Assembly: GCA_048213135.1 (NCBI GenBank)
Contig: PS015010.1
Coordinates: 620,001 to 684,000 of the forward strand
Source: Reclinomonas americana ATCC 50394
Taxonomy: Eukaryota
Direction: 5' to 3'
DNA length: 64,000 nucleotides
The notes below the pieces were generated by a model. That model ran no database searches, was not told where the DNA came from, and saw nothing but the letters and a program-made list of their open reading frames with translations. The translations under genes were made by a program, and so were the position numbers. Below are positions 29,851 through 39,716 of the stretch, piece after piece. The stretch's first letter is position 1. Each line of letters starts with the position of its first letter.

Positions 29851-30813
29851 ATGGCTAACGTACTATGGCTTCAGGGTGGTGCCTGCAGCGGTAACACAAT
29901 GTCCTTTCTGAATGCGGAGGAACCAACGGTGGTAGAGCTGATTGTGGATTTTGGCGTGAATATCCTCTGGCATCCTTCCATTGGCCTGGAAATAGGTCAC
30001 CAGGTAACCGACCTGCTCAATGACATTATCGCGGGAAAAGTTCAGATGGACATTTTTGTGTATGAAGGCTCCATCATTGAAGGCCCTAACGGCACCGGTA
30101 CCATGAACTACTTTTGCGACCGGCCCATGAAAGACTGGGTAAGGGAGCTTTCTAAGGTTGCCGGTTATGTTGTAGCCATTGGCGACTGCGCCACATATGG
30201 CGGCATACCTGCAGTAGCGCCCAATCCAAGCGAAAGCACCGGGATGCAGTTCCTGAAACGGCAGAAAGGAGGCTTCCTGGGAGCCAATTACGTAAGCAAA
30301 GGCGGTCTGCCTGTAATCAATATTCCGGGTTGCCCGGCTCACCCCGACTGGATAACGCAAATACTTGTGGCCATCGCCACGGGCAGGATAAAAGATGTGC
30401 TGATTGATGAATTCCATCGCCCCAAAACTTTCTTCACCGATTTCGTTCAAACAGGTTGTCCCAACGTAACCAATTTCGCCCAAAAAGTAAATGGCGGCTT
30501 TGGAAAAAGAGGCAATGGCTGTTTGTTTTATGAGGTGGGCTGCCGCGGTCCAATGACCAGGGCCAGTTGCAACAGGATACTCTGGAACCGGACCAGCAGC
30601 AAAACAAGGGCGAATCATCCCTGCCTGGGATGTACGGAGCCCGGCTTCCCGCATAATGACCTGGCAAAAGGCAGTGTGTTCAAAACAATGAAATACCTGG
30701 GCGTAATACCGAAAGAAGTGCCTGCCGGCCAATCGGGCCTTGGCTATTTTATCAAGGCGGGTATTGAAAAGGTGTGGCCGGCCAATACCGCGATCCAGGA
30801 AGGAAGTAAATAA
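29851..30813 (+). CDS. hucS: Group 2a [NiFe]-hydrogenase small subunit (HucS/cyanobacterial HupS type)
   Basis: MANVLWLQGGACSGNTMSFLNAEEP (Asn at the second Cys position), GDCA, PGCP, QTGCP, GCRGP, HPCLGC; no Tat leader. Confidence 0.92.
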   Translation: MANVLWLQGGACSGNTMSFLNAEEPTVVELIVDFGVNILWHPSIGLEIGHQVTDLLNDIIAGKVQMDIFVYEGSIIEGPNGTGTMNYFCDRPMKDWVRELSKVAGYVVAIGDCATYGGIPAVAPNPSESTGMQFLKRQKGGFLGANYVSKGGLPVINIPGCPAHPDWITQILVAIATGRIKDVLIDEFHRPKTFFTDFVQTGCPNVTNFAQKVNGGFGKRGNGCLFYEVGCRGPMTRASCNRILWNRTSSKTRANHPCLGCTEPGFPHNDLAKGSVFKTMKYLGVIPKEVPAGQSGLGYFIKAGIEKVWPANTAIQEGSK

Positions 30814-30839
30814 ATCATCACAACAATAAACAACGAATA

Positions 30840-32438
30840 ATGTCAACAGTAAAACAGTTAAATATATCACCCGTTGGTCGTGTAGAAGGCGACCTCGATG
30901 TAAAAGTGTACCTCGAAAATGGCGTAGTGACCAGGGCGCATACGCAAGCCGCCATGTTCAGGGGATTTGAAAGGATTATGCAGGGCAAGGATCCGCAAAG
31001 CGGTCTTATCGTTACACCCCGTATCTGTGGTATTTGTGGTGGTTCTCACCTGTACTGCGCCTCCAGTGCACTGGATACTGCCATGAAGACGCAATTGCCG
31101 CCCAACGCGTTATTATTAAGAGCACTGGGACAGGCTACCGAAACGATACAAAGTATCCCGCGCTGGTTTTATGCCATTTTCGCTACGGATATGGCCAATA
31201 AAAAATTCGCCAACAAAAAATTATACGATGAGGTGGTAAAGCGGTTTGCTGCTTACGTAGGTACATCATTTCAAAGCGGCGTAACGGCAAGTGGCCGCCC
31301 GGTGGAAGTTTATGCATTATTTGGCGGGCAGTGGCCCCACAGCAGTTATATGGTGCCCGGCGGAGTAATGTGTGCACCTACGCTGAAGGATATTACCAGG
31401 GCGCATGCCATCATGAATCAATTCAGGAACGACTGGCTGGAGACCACCTGGCTTGGTTGCTCTATTGAAAAATACCGGCAGGTACAAACCTGGGACGACC
31501 TGATGGCATGGGTGGATGAGAATGAAAGCCAGCGGAACAGCGATCTGGGCTTGTTTATAAGGGCTTCCCTTGAATTTGGGCTGGATAAATTCGGACAGGG
31601 GTGCGGTAACTATGTGGCATATGGCACCTACCTGCACAAGGATATGTACAATCATCCTACTGTTGAAGGAAGAAACGATGCCCTGATCAGCCCGGCAGGT
31701 TTTTATAACAGCCATACTAAGGAGTACAGGGATTTTGATCACCTCCAGATCAAAGAGCATGTGACCCATAGCTGGTACCAGGATCACAAAGCGGCACATC
31801 CGTGGGATGAACCCATTCCCACACCGGTGGCTTCACAAAACCTGGCGGATACCGATTTTAACAACAAGTACAGCTGGTCAAAAGCTCCGCGTTATATGGA
31901 CCATGCCGCGGAAGCCGGCCCGCTGAGCCGTTGCCTCATGTATGCCAAGCCCAATAACTTACCACACCAGATTAAAGATACGCTCATCAAGGATGCTTTC
32001 GATAAAATGGGACCAAGCGTGTTCCTGCGTACACTGGCACGTGTGCATGAAGCTCCCATGCTGTACGAAAAAATCGATGAATGGCTGCGCCAGATCGACC
32101 TGGACGGAGAGTTCTATATTAAGCCCGAAGAAAGGGATGGCAAAGGCTTTGGCGCCACAGAAGCTGCCAGGGGCGCACTGGCGCATTGGATAGAGATCGA
32201 AAATGGGGTGATTAAAAATTACCAGGTAATGGCGCCCACTACCTGGAATGTAGGTCCCAATGATGATGAGGGAAGAAGCGGCCCCATTGAGGCTGCCCTT
32301 GAAGGGATCGAAATTGAAGATGCCAACGACCCTGTGGAAGTGGGCATGGTGGCCCGCAGTTTTGATAGTTGTTTAGTTTGTACTGTACATGCGCATGACG
32401 CGAAAACCGGTAAGCAATTGGCAAAATTCAAATTGTGA
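30840..32438 (+). CDS. hucL: Group 2a [NiFe]-hydrogenase large subunit
   Basis: GRVEGDLD, L1 PRICGICGGSH, EAARGALAHW, L2 SFDSCLVCTVH plus a cleavable 15-aa tail. Confidence 0.93.
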   Translation: MSTVKQLNISPVGRVEGDLDVKVYLENGVVTRAHTQAAMFRGFERIMQGKDPQSGLIVTPRICGICGGSHLYCASSALDTAMKTQLPPNALLLRALGQATETIQSIPRWFYAIFATDMANKKFANKKLYDEVVKRFAAYVGTSFQSGVTASGRPVEVYALFGGQWPHSSYMVPGGVMCAPTLKDITRAHAIMNQFRNDWLETTWLGCSIEKYRQVQTWDDLMAWVDENESQRNSDLGLFIRASLEFGLDKFGQGCGNYVAYGTYLHKDMYNHPTVEGRNDALISPAGFYNSHTKEYRDFDHLQIKEHVTHSWYQDHKAAHPWDEPIPTPVASQNLADTDFNNKYSWSKAPRYMDHAAEAGPLSRCLMYAKPNNLPHQIKDTLIKDAFDKMGPSVFLRTLARVHEAPMLYEKIDEWLRQIDLDGEFYIKPEERDGKGFGATEAARGALAHWIEIENGVIKNYQVMAPTTWNVGPNDDEGRSGPIEAALEGIEIEDANDPVEVGMVARSFDSCLVCTVHAHDAKTGKQLAKFKL

Positions 32439-32481
32439 TCCGGGCAGAAATTTGATACTGACCCATTAAAATGTCTGCGAA

Positions 32482-32507
32482 AACTCCCCCGACCTTTCGG
32501 GGGAGTT
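32482..32507 (+). terminator. Hairpin after the large subunit gene
   Basis: AACTCCCCCGA-CCTT-TCGGGGGAGTT. Confidence 0.7.
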
Positions 32508-32577
32508 CTATTGATACAGGAACCGTGTATCTTTGCTGATCGGTAGCTGATCCTGAAAAACAGCCCGACCGACCGGT

Positions 32578-33342
32578 ATGTCAATAACAAATGAAGCCGA
32601 ATTAACAGGCATGAAGAAAGCCGGCGAAGCTGTCGCTCTCACGCTAAAAGCGATGAAGGAGTACGCCCAGCCCGGTATGACAACGAAGGAACTGGACGAA
32701 TACGGGGCAAAAGTGCTTTCGGACTTCGGGGCCAAATCGGCGCCTTACCTCACGTATGGTTTTCCGGGGTGGACCTGCATCAGCGTCAATAATGAATTCT
32801 GTCATGGTATTCCTTCTGATAAACGAATACTGAAAGAAGGTGATCTTATCAATATAGATGTTTCAGCCGAACTCGACGGCTTTTGGGCCGACAATGGCAA
32901 CTCGTTTATACTGGGGGAGGATGTCAACCAGCATCAGCAACTTGTTGACGCTTCAAAACAAATACTGCGTAAGGCCATTGATAATATTAAAGGCGGCGTG
33001 CGCATTTCAGATATAGGAGAGTTGATAGAAACAGAGGCGAAAAAACGGGGCTATAAAGTAATTAAGAACCTGACCGGGCATGGCACAGGCAGAAGCCTTC
33101 ACGAAGAGCCGGCCAACATCGCCAATTACCGGGACCGCTATAACCTGGCAAGATTTAAGAAGAACTCCGTTGTTGCCATCGAAACATTTATTTCAACCAC
33201 GTCCACATATGCCGAAACCCTTAATGATGGCTGGACAATGGTCGGCAATAAAGGAGGCTTTATGGCGCAGCATGAACATACGATCGTAGTAACAGATGGG
33301 AAACCTGTTGTGCTGACAGAAATGAATGGGGTTTGGAATTGA
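32578..33342 (+). CDS. map: Type I methionine aminopeptidase
   Basis: CISVNNEFCHGIP, NIDVS, GHGTGRSLHEEP, AQHEHT; TATCTTTG promoter element at 32528. Confidence 0.93.
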   Translation: MSITNEAELTGMKKAGEAVALTLKAMKEYAQPGMTTKELDEYGAKVLSDFGAKSAPYLTYGFPGWTCISVNNEFCHGIPSDKRILKEGDLINIDVSAELDGFWADNGNSFILGEDVNQHQQLVDASKQILRKAIDNIKGGVRISDIGELIETEAKKRGYKVIKNLTGHGTGRSLHEEPANIANYRDRYNLARFKKNSVVAIETFISTTSTYAETLNDGWTMVGNKGGFMAQHEHTIVVTDGKPVVLTEMNGVWN

Positions 33343-33351
33343 TGGAAAGCG

Positions 33352-33960
33352 CTATCTAAATTTTATTCTGTGAATTACCGGGGGCTTTTTGGCTTTAAAG
33401 TAAAAGGAGCACAATGCAATGGCTGCTAACCCGCCAAAGATCAGGAACACATTTGTTTTTCCCATTGAGGCTATCGCAAGAACGATACCGGTCAGGCTAT
33501 TGTACCGCCCATTACTGATCTCGTATTCAGTTCCATTATCATAACCAATGGCATATGGCAATGTCCATACAAATAAGCCGGCGACAACTGCAAGAGCGAT
33601 CAATGGTTTTTTACCTGCCCTGAACCAGGAGTAATGATCTGTTGTAAAACTGCCTCCCGGTATATTGTTTTTGAAATAATTAAAGACCTCCTGCCTCATC
33701 ATCTCATCATTAATCCTCAAATGTTCTTCGGAGTCTTTGGCCATCACCAATTCAATATGGTTTTTTCCTTCCTGCATCCTTATTTCCTGGAGATAACTAA
33801 CCGGGATGCCGGTAAATCCCTGCTTGGGTATAACACCATTTTGTATATCGGTAATGCAATGATTGATTTCCTGTACCGAGGGATTTCCCTTATAAATGAC
33901 TGAATTGTCTGTAGCGATAATTTTATCATCTGTATTTTCGTCGCCTCTCCAAATTTTCAT
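33352..33960 (-). CDS. Hypothetical membrane protein
   Basis: 202 aa, two C-terminal TM segments. Confidence 0.65.
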   Translation of the reverse strand: MKIWRGDENTDDKIIATDNSVIYKGNPSVQEINHCITDIQNGVIPKQGFTGIPVSYLQEIRMQEGKNHIELVMAKDSEEHLRINDEMMRQEVFNYFKNNIPGGSFTTDHYSWFRAGKKPLIALAVVAGLFVWTLPYAIGYDNGTEYEISNGRYNSLTGIVLAIASMGKTNVFLIFGGLAAIALCSFYFKAKKPPVIHRIKFR

Positions 33961-34017
33961 ACTATTCTTATTTTATCTGCAAAGCATTTACATAATCATT
34001 GGTGTTATTGAAATGCC

Positions 34018-34695
34018 TCACAGGAGTAATTTATCTATTTTATCCCCAATAACGGTCTCCTTCATCTCCATTTCTAACTTGTCAAAATCTTCTTTCCCCA
34101 CTGTTTTAACAAGACTTCCATGCGATAATAAGTGTATCTGGTCGCAGGTGTCGTGTAAAGTAGAGAAAATATGAGAAGAAATGATAACCGTTTTGTTCAA
34201 CTCTTTCAGCCGCTGGATAATACCGGTAATGATGATATTGCTTTGTATGTCCACACCATTGAATGGCTCGTCTAAAATAAAGTATTGGTTATTCTGCAAC
34301 AAAATGGCGGTAAGGGCCAGTTTCTTCTTCATGCCGGTGGAGTAGGTAGAAGCGTACTGCTGCAGGGGCAGATCGAAAATGTTTCTTTGTTCTATATCAG
34401 GAATGCTGATCCCCCTGGTATCGCACAGGAAACGGATATACTCCCTGCCCGTGATCTTCGGAAAGAAGTAGGGCTCTGTCAGCAGGAAACCAAGATGATT
34501 TTTGAGTGGTTGAAGATCGGAGTTGATACGGCCTTCAAATGATTCCAGTCCCGCGATACACCGGAACAGCGTGGTCTTGCCTGCGCCGTTCTCGCCCACA
34601 ATACCGTACACTTTTCCCGCATCAAATTGCAGGCTGATGTCTTTCAGCACTTCCTTTGTGCCGTATTGTTTCGATATACGCTGCAGTGTAATCAT
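34018..34695 (-). CDS. ABC transporter ATP-binding protein
   Basis: GENGAGKTT, YSTGMKKK, ILDEPFNG. Confidence 0.92.
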   Translation of the reverse strand: MITLQRISKQYGTKEVLKDISLQFDAGKVYGIVGENGAGKTTLFRCIAGLESFEGRINSDLQPLKNHLGFLLTEPYFFPKITGREYIRFLCDTRGISIPDIEQRNIFDLPLQQYASTYSTGMKKKLALTAILLQNNQYFILDEPFNGVDIQSNIIITGIIQRLKELNKTVIISSHIFSTLHDTCDQIHLLSHGSLVKTVGKEDFDKLEMEMKETVIGDKIDKLLL

Positions 34696-35609
34696 GGTAA
34701 AAGACGGTTAAGGCGTTGGATTGCCGTAATGAAGAAGTAAGGTATTACCAGTGCCAGCAATGGCGGAAAATAAACACAAAAGGCCAGCATAAAACCCTGG
34801 GGCAGACTTATCTTTCCGGGATAGGCGGCATACTTCGCCGTAACCACGCCTGCCAAAAAAGCCAGTCCCGCCACCATTGATAATGCCACATAACCCGTAC
34901 TGTTGTAAAAGACAATACTTAACAATAAAGCTGCCGGCAAACAAAGCAGGAAGGAAAACAACAAGGCGGTTCTCAATTTTCCGAACAGGAACTGCGCCGG
35001 TTTAAGCCGGTACGACCATACATAATATTCCTGTTCCGGGTTGGAATAGTAACCACATGTTATGGCGATGATGGCCAGTATGGCGAATATGCCCAGGTTG
35101 AAATTGCCAACCGCCGCGGCTGCAACCGTCAGACCATAAGCACCCGCAAGCAGGAAAAAACTGTTCCGGAAACCGGCGGTAAATTCAAAAGGCTTCTTAT
35201 AGAAAGGTGTGGGAATGGTAAAACTGGTGACGGTGTTAAAACGGGCAAGCGCCATAAATCCCGACAAGGGTACAAGTGCAATCGCTTCTATAAACAATTG
35301 TTTATACATCAGGAAAGCAATAAAGGGGAGAGCCGCCATCATATTCTCCGCTATCCGGGTCATTCTTAATTTCCGGTCGCCGAGGCACAGTTGAAGGAAC
35401 TCATTCCGTTTGGTTTCGGAAAGGGTGGTGAGTGCAGTAGCGGCAATGGCGATGTAAATATATTTCGCGTAGATTGTTTTATTGAACAGGTAAAACGAAA
35501 ACGCTGTAAAGCCTGCCAGGATTAATATGTAACCGATCAACGGCTCAATGCCGGAGTCTTTGAATCTCCGGTTGATCAGTGTGTATTGAAGCTGGAAATA
35601 CGATTTCAC
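34692..35609 (-). CDS. ABC transporter permease-like membrane protein
   Basis: Multiple TM segments; 4-bp overlap with the ATPase gene. Confidence 0.75.
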   Translation of the reverse strand: MKSYFQLQYTLINRRFKDSGIEPLIGYILILAGFTAFSFYLFNKTIYAKYIYIAIAATALTTLSETKRNEFLQLCLGDRKLRMTRIAENMMAALPFIAFLMYKQLFIEAIALVPLSGFMALARFNTVTSFTIPTPFYKKPFEFTAGFRNSFFLLAGAYGLTVAAAAVGNFNLGIFAILAIIAITCGYYSNPEQEYYVWSYRLKPAQFLFGKLRTALLFSFLLCLPAALLLSIVFYNSTGYVALSMVAGLAFLAGVVTAKYAAYPGKISLPQGFMLAFCVYFPPLLALVIPYFFITAIQRLNRLLP

Positions 35610-35614
35610 GCCGG

Positions 35615-36127
35615 TTACTTCGTTGGCAGTTGCCAGTTAAAGAATTGGTCTGTTTCACCCGTTTTTACAAAACCGTTTTTCTCCAGCACTTTATAAGAGG
35701 CATGGTTGGTCTTTTCTGTTGATGCCCGTATCGATTTTACGGCAGGTTGTTCTTTGGCCCAGCGAATCATCCCGCTTACGATCTCGGTCATAAATCCTCT
35801 TCCCTGGAATTCATCATAAGTACCGTAGCCAATTTCTACTTCACCATCTGCGTCGGGTTCGCCTACAAAGCAGGCATCGCCTACCATTTTGTTGTCTTCT
35901 TTTGATATAGCGGTCCATAGGGTGGAGTATAAATAGTTTTTGCTTGTGTCTTTTACATTGGGAAGAATGGTTTCCTCAAATGCTTCCTTTAGTTCGGGTG
36001 CAATGGTACGCGACGAAGGTTCCACGTTCAGTTCACTTTCCAGCGAGTTGTCGCAGGCGATGTATTTCACCAGTTGTTCGTAAGTCAGCGGTTGAATGAT
36101 CAGTCTTTGGGTTTCTATCCTATTCAT
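35615..36127 (-). CDS. GNAT (RimJ/RimL) N-acetyltransferase
   Basis: IETQRLII, EIGYG, QGRGFMTE, NHASYKVLEKNGF. Confidence 0.88.
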   Translation of the reverse strand: MNRIETQRLIIQPLTYEQLVKYIACDNSLESELNVEPSSRTIAPELKEAFEETILPNVKDTSKNYLYSTLWTAISKEDNKMVGDACFVGEPDADGEVEIGYGTYDEFQGRGFMTEIVSGMIRWAKEQPAVKSIRASTEKTNHASYKVLEKNGFVKTGETDQFFNWQLPTK

Positions 36128-36181
36128 GTAATAAAGAAACGAAAATATCGTGAGACGGATAGCGGCGTAAGTGATGGCCGG

Positions 36182-36799
36182 TTACATGATGATTTGTCTC
36201 CCGGGAATGCGGCTTGATTTACTGAATGAATTATAACAACTGTTTGTGTCGCCGAATTCAAACTGGCTGCTTTTTATAAACAAGACTAAATTCTTATCAG
36301 CTTTTTTATTCAGCGTATTGAGATGAAGATTACCATATTGACAGATATGGCCGAGCAGTCGCTGCCCGGGGTCAGTAAAATAAATGTTGGGTAATGCGGC
36401 ATTGCACCGGGCAAGCCACGCCAGGTGTTTGATGAATACAGGCAGTTCCGCAATAGTCGTTTGTATACCGCCATTGAAGCGCTTACCAATACCGTTGGCG
36501 GAAAGGTATTCCTGCGCTTCTTTTACCGGTTGATAATCATTTTGCTGGTACAACCACGGGCTTGTTGTATCGCCAAGGAAGATGAGGCTGTTTTCCCGGA
36601 TCGCCTGTGTCATGCTGACCAACGCTGTTCCCAGCATTTTTACATGTCCTTTAAAAGACCTGGAAGGAAGGGTGAGTATATAATTTTTAATGAATGCTGG
36701 ATAAAAAAACTCCTCCTCATCCGTTTCTTTATTATAGTTACGGGTAGGGAATACGTTGTACGTATCTAAAACTTCCTGTCTCCTGATTTTTGCTAACAA
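36182..36799 (-). CDS. Hypothetical protein
   Basis: 205-aa ORF co-oriented with its neighbours; start uncertain. Confidence 0.6.
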   Translation of the reverse strand: MLAKIRRQEVLDTYNVFPTRNYNKETDEEEFFYPAFIKNYILTLPSRSFKGHVKMLGTALVSMTQAIRENSLIFLGDTTSPWLYQQNDYQPVKEAQEYLSANGIGKRFNGGIQTTIAELPVFIKHLAWLARCNAALPNIYFTDPGQRLLGHICQYGNLHLNTLNKKADKNLVLFIKSSQFEFGDTNSCYNSFSKSSRIPGRQIIM

Positions 36800-37038
36800 A
36801 ATGATGATGGTTTTGATCAGTTGTTTGCAGACTGATTAATCCGAATGTAGCACTAAATTTCTATATGATAACTTTCCGCAGGAAACAACTGAACTTCCGG
36901 CACAACTGTTGAGGATATTTTATCATCCTGTCGCATTCCGCTACCAATATTGTCGTGTTTGCACTGCAACAACACTATATTTATTGATGAGATTTGCAGT
37001 GCAGTACAGCCTATCTTTAAAATTTTAAAAATAGTGCC

Positions 37039-37632
37039 ATGAGAAAAATAACCGTTTTATCAATGATTACGCTTGACGGTGTTATGCAGGCGCCCGGCGG
37101 CCCGGAAGAAGATGTATCGGGTGGTTTCGAATATGGCGGCTGGTCGGCACCATATGGCGACGAAATCGCCGGTGAAATGATGCACAGGCTAATGGAATCC
37201 TCCGATCTGCTGCTGGGCAGAAAGACATTCGAGATATGGGAAAACTATTGGCCGCAGCATGCAGATTACTGGCCCGGCATCAATGACGTTACCAAGTACG
37301 TACTCTCCACAACGAGGAAAGAATCGGGCTGGAACAACTCGGTTTTCTTTAACAGCCTGGAAGATATTAAAAAACTCAGGAGCTCGCAAGGCGCTGGCAT
37401 CCAGGTTTGGGGCAGCAGCGAACTCATTCAGTTGTTGCTCGCTAATGACCTGGTTGACGAGCTCTGGCTCATCATTCACCCGCTGACATTAGGGAAAGGA
37501 AAGAGACTGTTCACCAATAGTCCCATTCCCGCAGCATTTACACTGAAAGAAAGTAAGGTTACAACAGATGGCGTCATCATCGCCAATTACAAAAGGGCGG
37601 GAGGAGTTAAAACAGGCACTGCCGGGGCTTAG
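37039..37632 (+). CDS. Dihydrofolate reductase family (RibD C-terminal) protein
   Basis: TLDGVMQAPGG, LLLGRKTF, LVDEL, LGKGKRLF. Confidence 0.88.
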   Translation: MRKITVLSMITLDGVMQAPGGPEEDVSGGFEYGGWSAPYGDEIAGEMMHRLMESSDLLLGRKTFEIWENYWPQHADYWPGINDVTKYVLSTTRKESGWNNSVFFNSLEDIKKLRSSQGAGIQVWGSSELIQLLLANDLVDELWLIIHPLTLGKGKRLFTNSPIPAAFTLKESKVTTDGVIIANYKRAGGVKTGTAGA

Positions 37633-38291
37633 AGCTCCGCTATCTCCTTAATGTCTTTTACCTCCGCGATGGGCCTGTCCGGACTTTTAACCACGCAATT
37701 GATCATGGCCTGTCCCACTTGTTTCAGCGTGCATACACTACCGGGAAACAGCAGTTTCAGCACAGGATACATCCATGCCAGGCGCTTGTATAAGGTAAGC
37801 AGGTGCTTTTGCCCGGGTGTGGCCTTCATAATAGCTGGGCGGAAGTTGTATACTTTTTTGAAAGGTATTTTAGCAAGATCATTCTCCGTTTTGCCTTTCA
37901 CCCTTGCCCACATCACACGACCTTTTTCGGAGCTGTCGGTACTCCGGCCGCTTACATAAATAAAGGTCATGCCGGGGTTGGCTACCTGTACTGTTTTCGC
38001 GAAGTGAATGGTGGTGTCGTAGGTGATGCGGGTATACTTTTCTTCGTTCATGCCCACGCTGCTTACACCTGCGCAAAAGAAACAGGCATCGTAGCCCTGC
38101 AGTTTCGGATCACCGGGTTGAAGGTCAAAGAACTCCGGCACCAGGTATTCTTCCAGTTTGGGATGTGTTCTTTCCGCCGGGCGGCGGGATACGCTCAGCA
38201 CTTTATCTACCTGTGGATTGTCCAGGCACTCCAGCAGTACACCTTCGCCCACCATGCCCGTGGCGCCCGTGAGTATGATTTTGATGCCCAT
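37629..38291 (-). CDS. NAD(P)-binding epimerase/SDR-like protein
   Basis: ILTGATGMVG, CFFCAG, WARVKGKTEN. Confidence 0.85.
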   Translation of the reverse strand: MGIKIILTGATGMVGEGVLLECLDNPQVDKVLSVSRRPAERTHPKLEEYLVPEFFDLQPGDPKLQGYDACFFCAGVSSVGMNEEKYTRITYDTTIHFAKTVQVANPGMTFIYVSGRSTDSSEKGRVMWARVKGKTENDLAKIPFKKVYNFRPAIMKATPGQKHLLTLYKRLAWMYPVLKLLFPGSVCTLKQVGQAMINCVVKSPDRPIAEVKDIKEIAEL

Positions 38292-38336
38292 AATTGGTGT
38301 TGTATTGATTCAATCCGGCAGACGTACAATCCGCCG

Positions 38337-39638
38337 CTAAATTTTATGACTCCTTATTTTTTCTTCTTCCGATATAACTGATGTATCCCTTGTGTCTTTC
38401 ATGAACAAGTACACCAGCAGCGAGCAGGCAATGCAAATGGTAATGTACCAGTAAAACCATTGTTCATGCCCCGCGTTTTTCAGCCACAGCGCCACGTACT
38501 CCGCCGATCCGCCAAAGATGGCCACGGTAAGGGCATAGGGGAGGCCCACACCCAGCGCACGTACTTCCGCCGGAAACAGCTCTGCTTTTACCACGGCGTT
38601 GATGGACGTGTAACCGCTCACAATGATGAGCGCCGCCATAATTAAAAAGAAAGCGCCCCACAGCGATTGCGTATTTCCCAATGCGGTGAGCAGCGGTACC
38701 GTTAATAAGGTACCCAGTATGCCAAAGCCCAGCAGCAGGGGCTTACGGCCCACTTTGTCAGACAATGCCCCAAACACCGGTTGCAGCAACGCGAACAGCA
38801 GCAATGTGCTGAAAGAGATCAGTGTCGATTCCTCTTTCGACAGTCCCGCGCTGTTGATCAAAAACTTCTGCATATACGTGGTGTAGGTATAAAAAGCGAG
38901 GGTGCCGCCCATGGTCAGTCCCACCACGGTCAGCACGGCTTTGGGATGTTTGAACAACTCCTTCAGTGTTCCTTTCTTTTCTTCTTTTACCTGTTCCGAT
39001 TTGAAAGATTCTGTTTCATCCAGGTTCCCGCGCAGGTACAGCGCTACTACCGATAGCAGGGCACCAATTACAAAAGGAATGCGCCAGCCCCACTCGTGCA
39101 GTTGCTGTTCGGTGAGTAATATTTTTTGCAGGATGAGTTGTATACCCAGTGCTATCAGTTGTCCGCCAATAAGGGTTACGTATTGAAAGCTGGAATAAAA
39201 GCCCCTTCGTTTTTCCGTCGCCATCTCGCTCAGGTAGGTGGCCGACACGCCGTATTCCCCGCCTACGCTCAGCCCCTGCAGCAGCCGGGCTACCAGTAAC
39301 AATACCGGCGCCGCTATGCCAATGGTTTGGTACGATGGAGTGAAAGCAATGAGCAGCGACCCAAGCGACATCAGCAGTACCGACAGCAGCATGCTTTGTT
39401 TGCGCCCCGCTTTGTCGGCAATACGGCCAAACAGCCACCCGCCCAGCGGACGCATCAAAAAGCCCAGGGCAAAAACCCCCGCCGTGTTCAGCAGTTGCGC
39501 CGTGGCATCCTCCTTCGGGAAGAAAGACCCAGAAAAATACACCGCAAAGGCCGAGTACGCATACCAGTCATACCACTCCACCAGGTTACCGATGGAGCCG
39601 CCGAGGATGGAGCGGAGTCTGTGTTGGGAAAGAACCAT
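38337..39638 (-). CDS. kgtP: MFS metabolite:H+ symporter (alpha-ketoglutarate permease-like)
   Basis: GNLVEWYDW, RLLQGLSVGGEYG, WGWRIPF, KAELFP. Confidence 0.82.
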   Translation of the reverse strand: MVLSQHRLRSILGGSIGNLVEWYDWYAYSAFAVYFSGSFFPKEDATAQLLNTAGVFALGFLMRPLGGWLFGRIADKAGRKQSMLLSVLLMSLGSLLIAFTPSYQTIGIAAPVLLLVARLLQGLSVGGEYGVSATYLSEMATEKRRGFYSSFQYVTLIGGQLIALGIQLILQKILLTEQQLHEWGWRIPFVIGALLSVVALYLRGNLDETESFKSEQVKEEKKGTLKELFKHPKAVLTVVGLTMGGTLAFYTYTTYMQKFLINSAGLSKEESTLISFSTLLLFALLQPVFGALSDKVGRKPLLLGFGILGTLLTVPLLTALGNTQSLWGAFFLIMAALIIVSGYTSINAVVKAELFPAEVRALGVGLPYALTVAIFGGSAEYVALWLKNAGHEQWFYWYITICIACSLLVYLFMKDTRDTSVISEEEKIRSHKI

Positions 39639-39716
39639 TTCTACTATTTGATTATAGATTCGATATACGTATTAGAAAAGATTATGGGCTTTTGACAATT
39701 ATTTGGATTACGGCTT

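Noticed and set aside
29863-30870. 335-aa antisense ORF over the small subunit gene
   Set aside because: Shadow ORF of a conserved gene; no recognisable motifs
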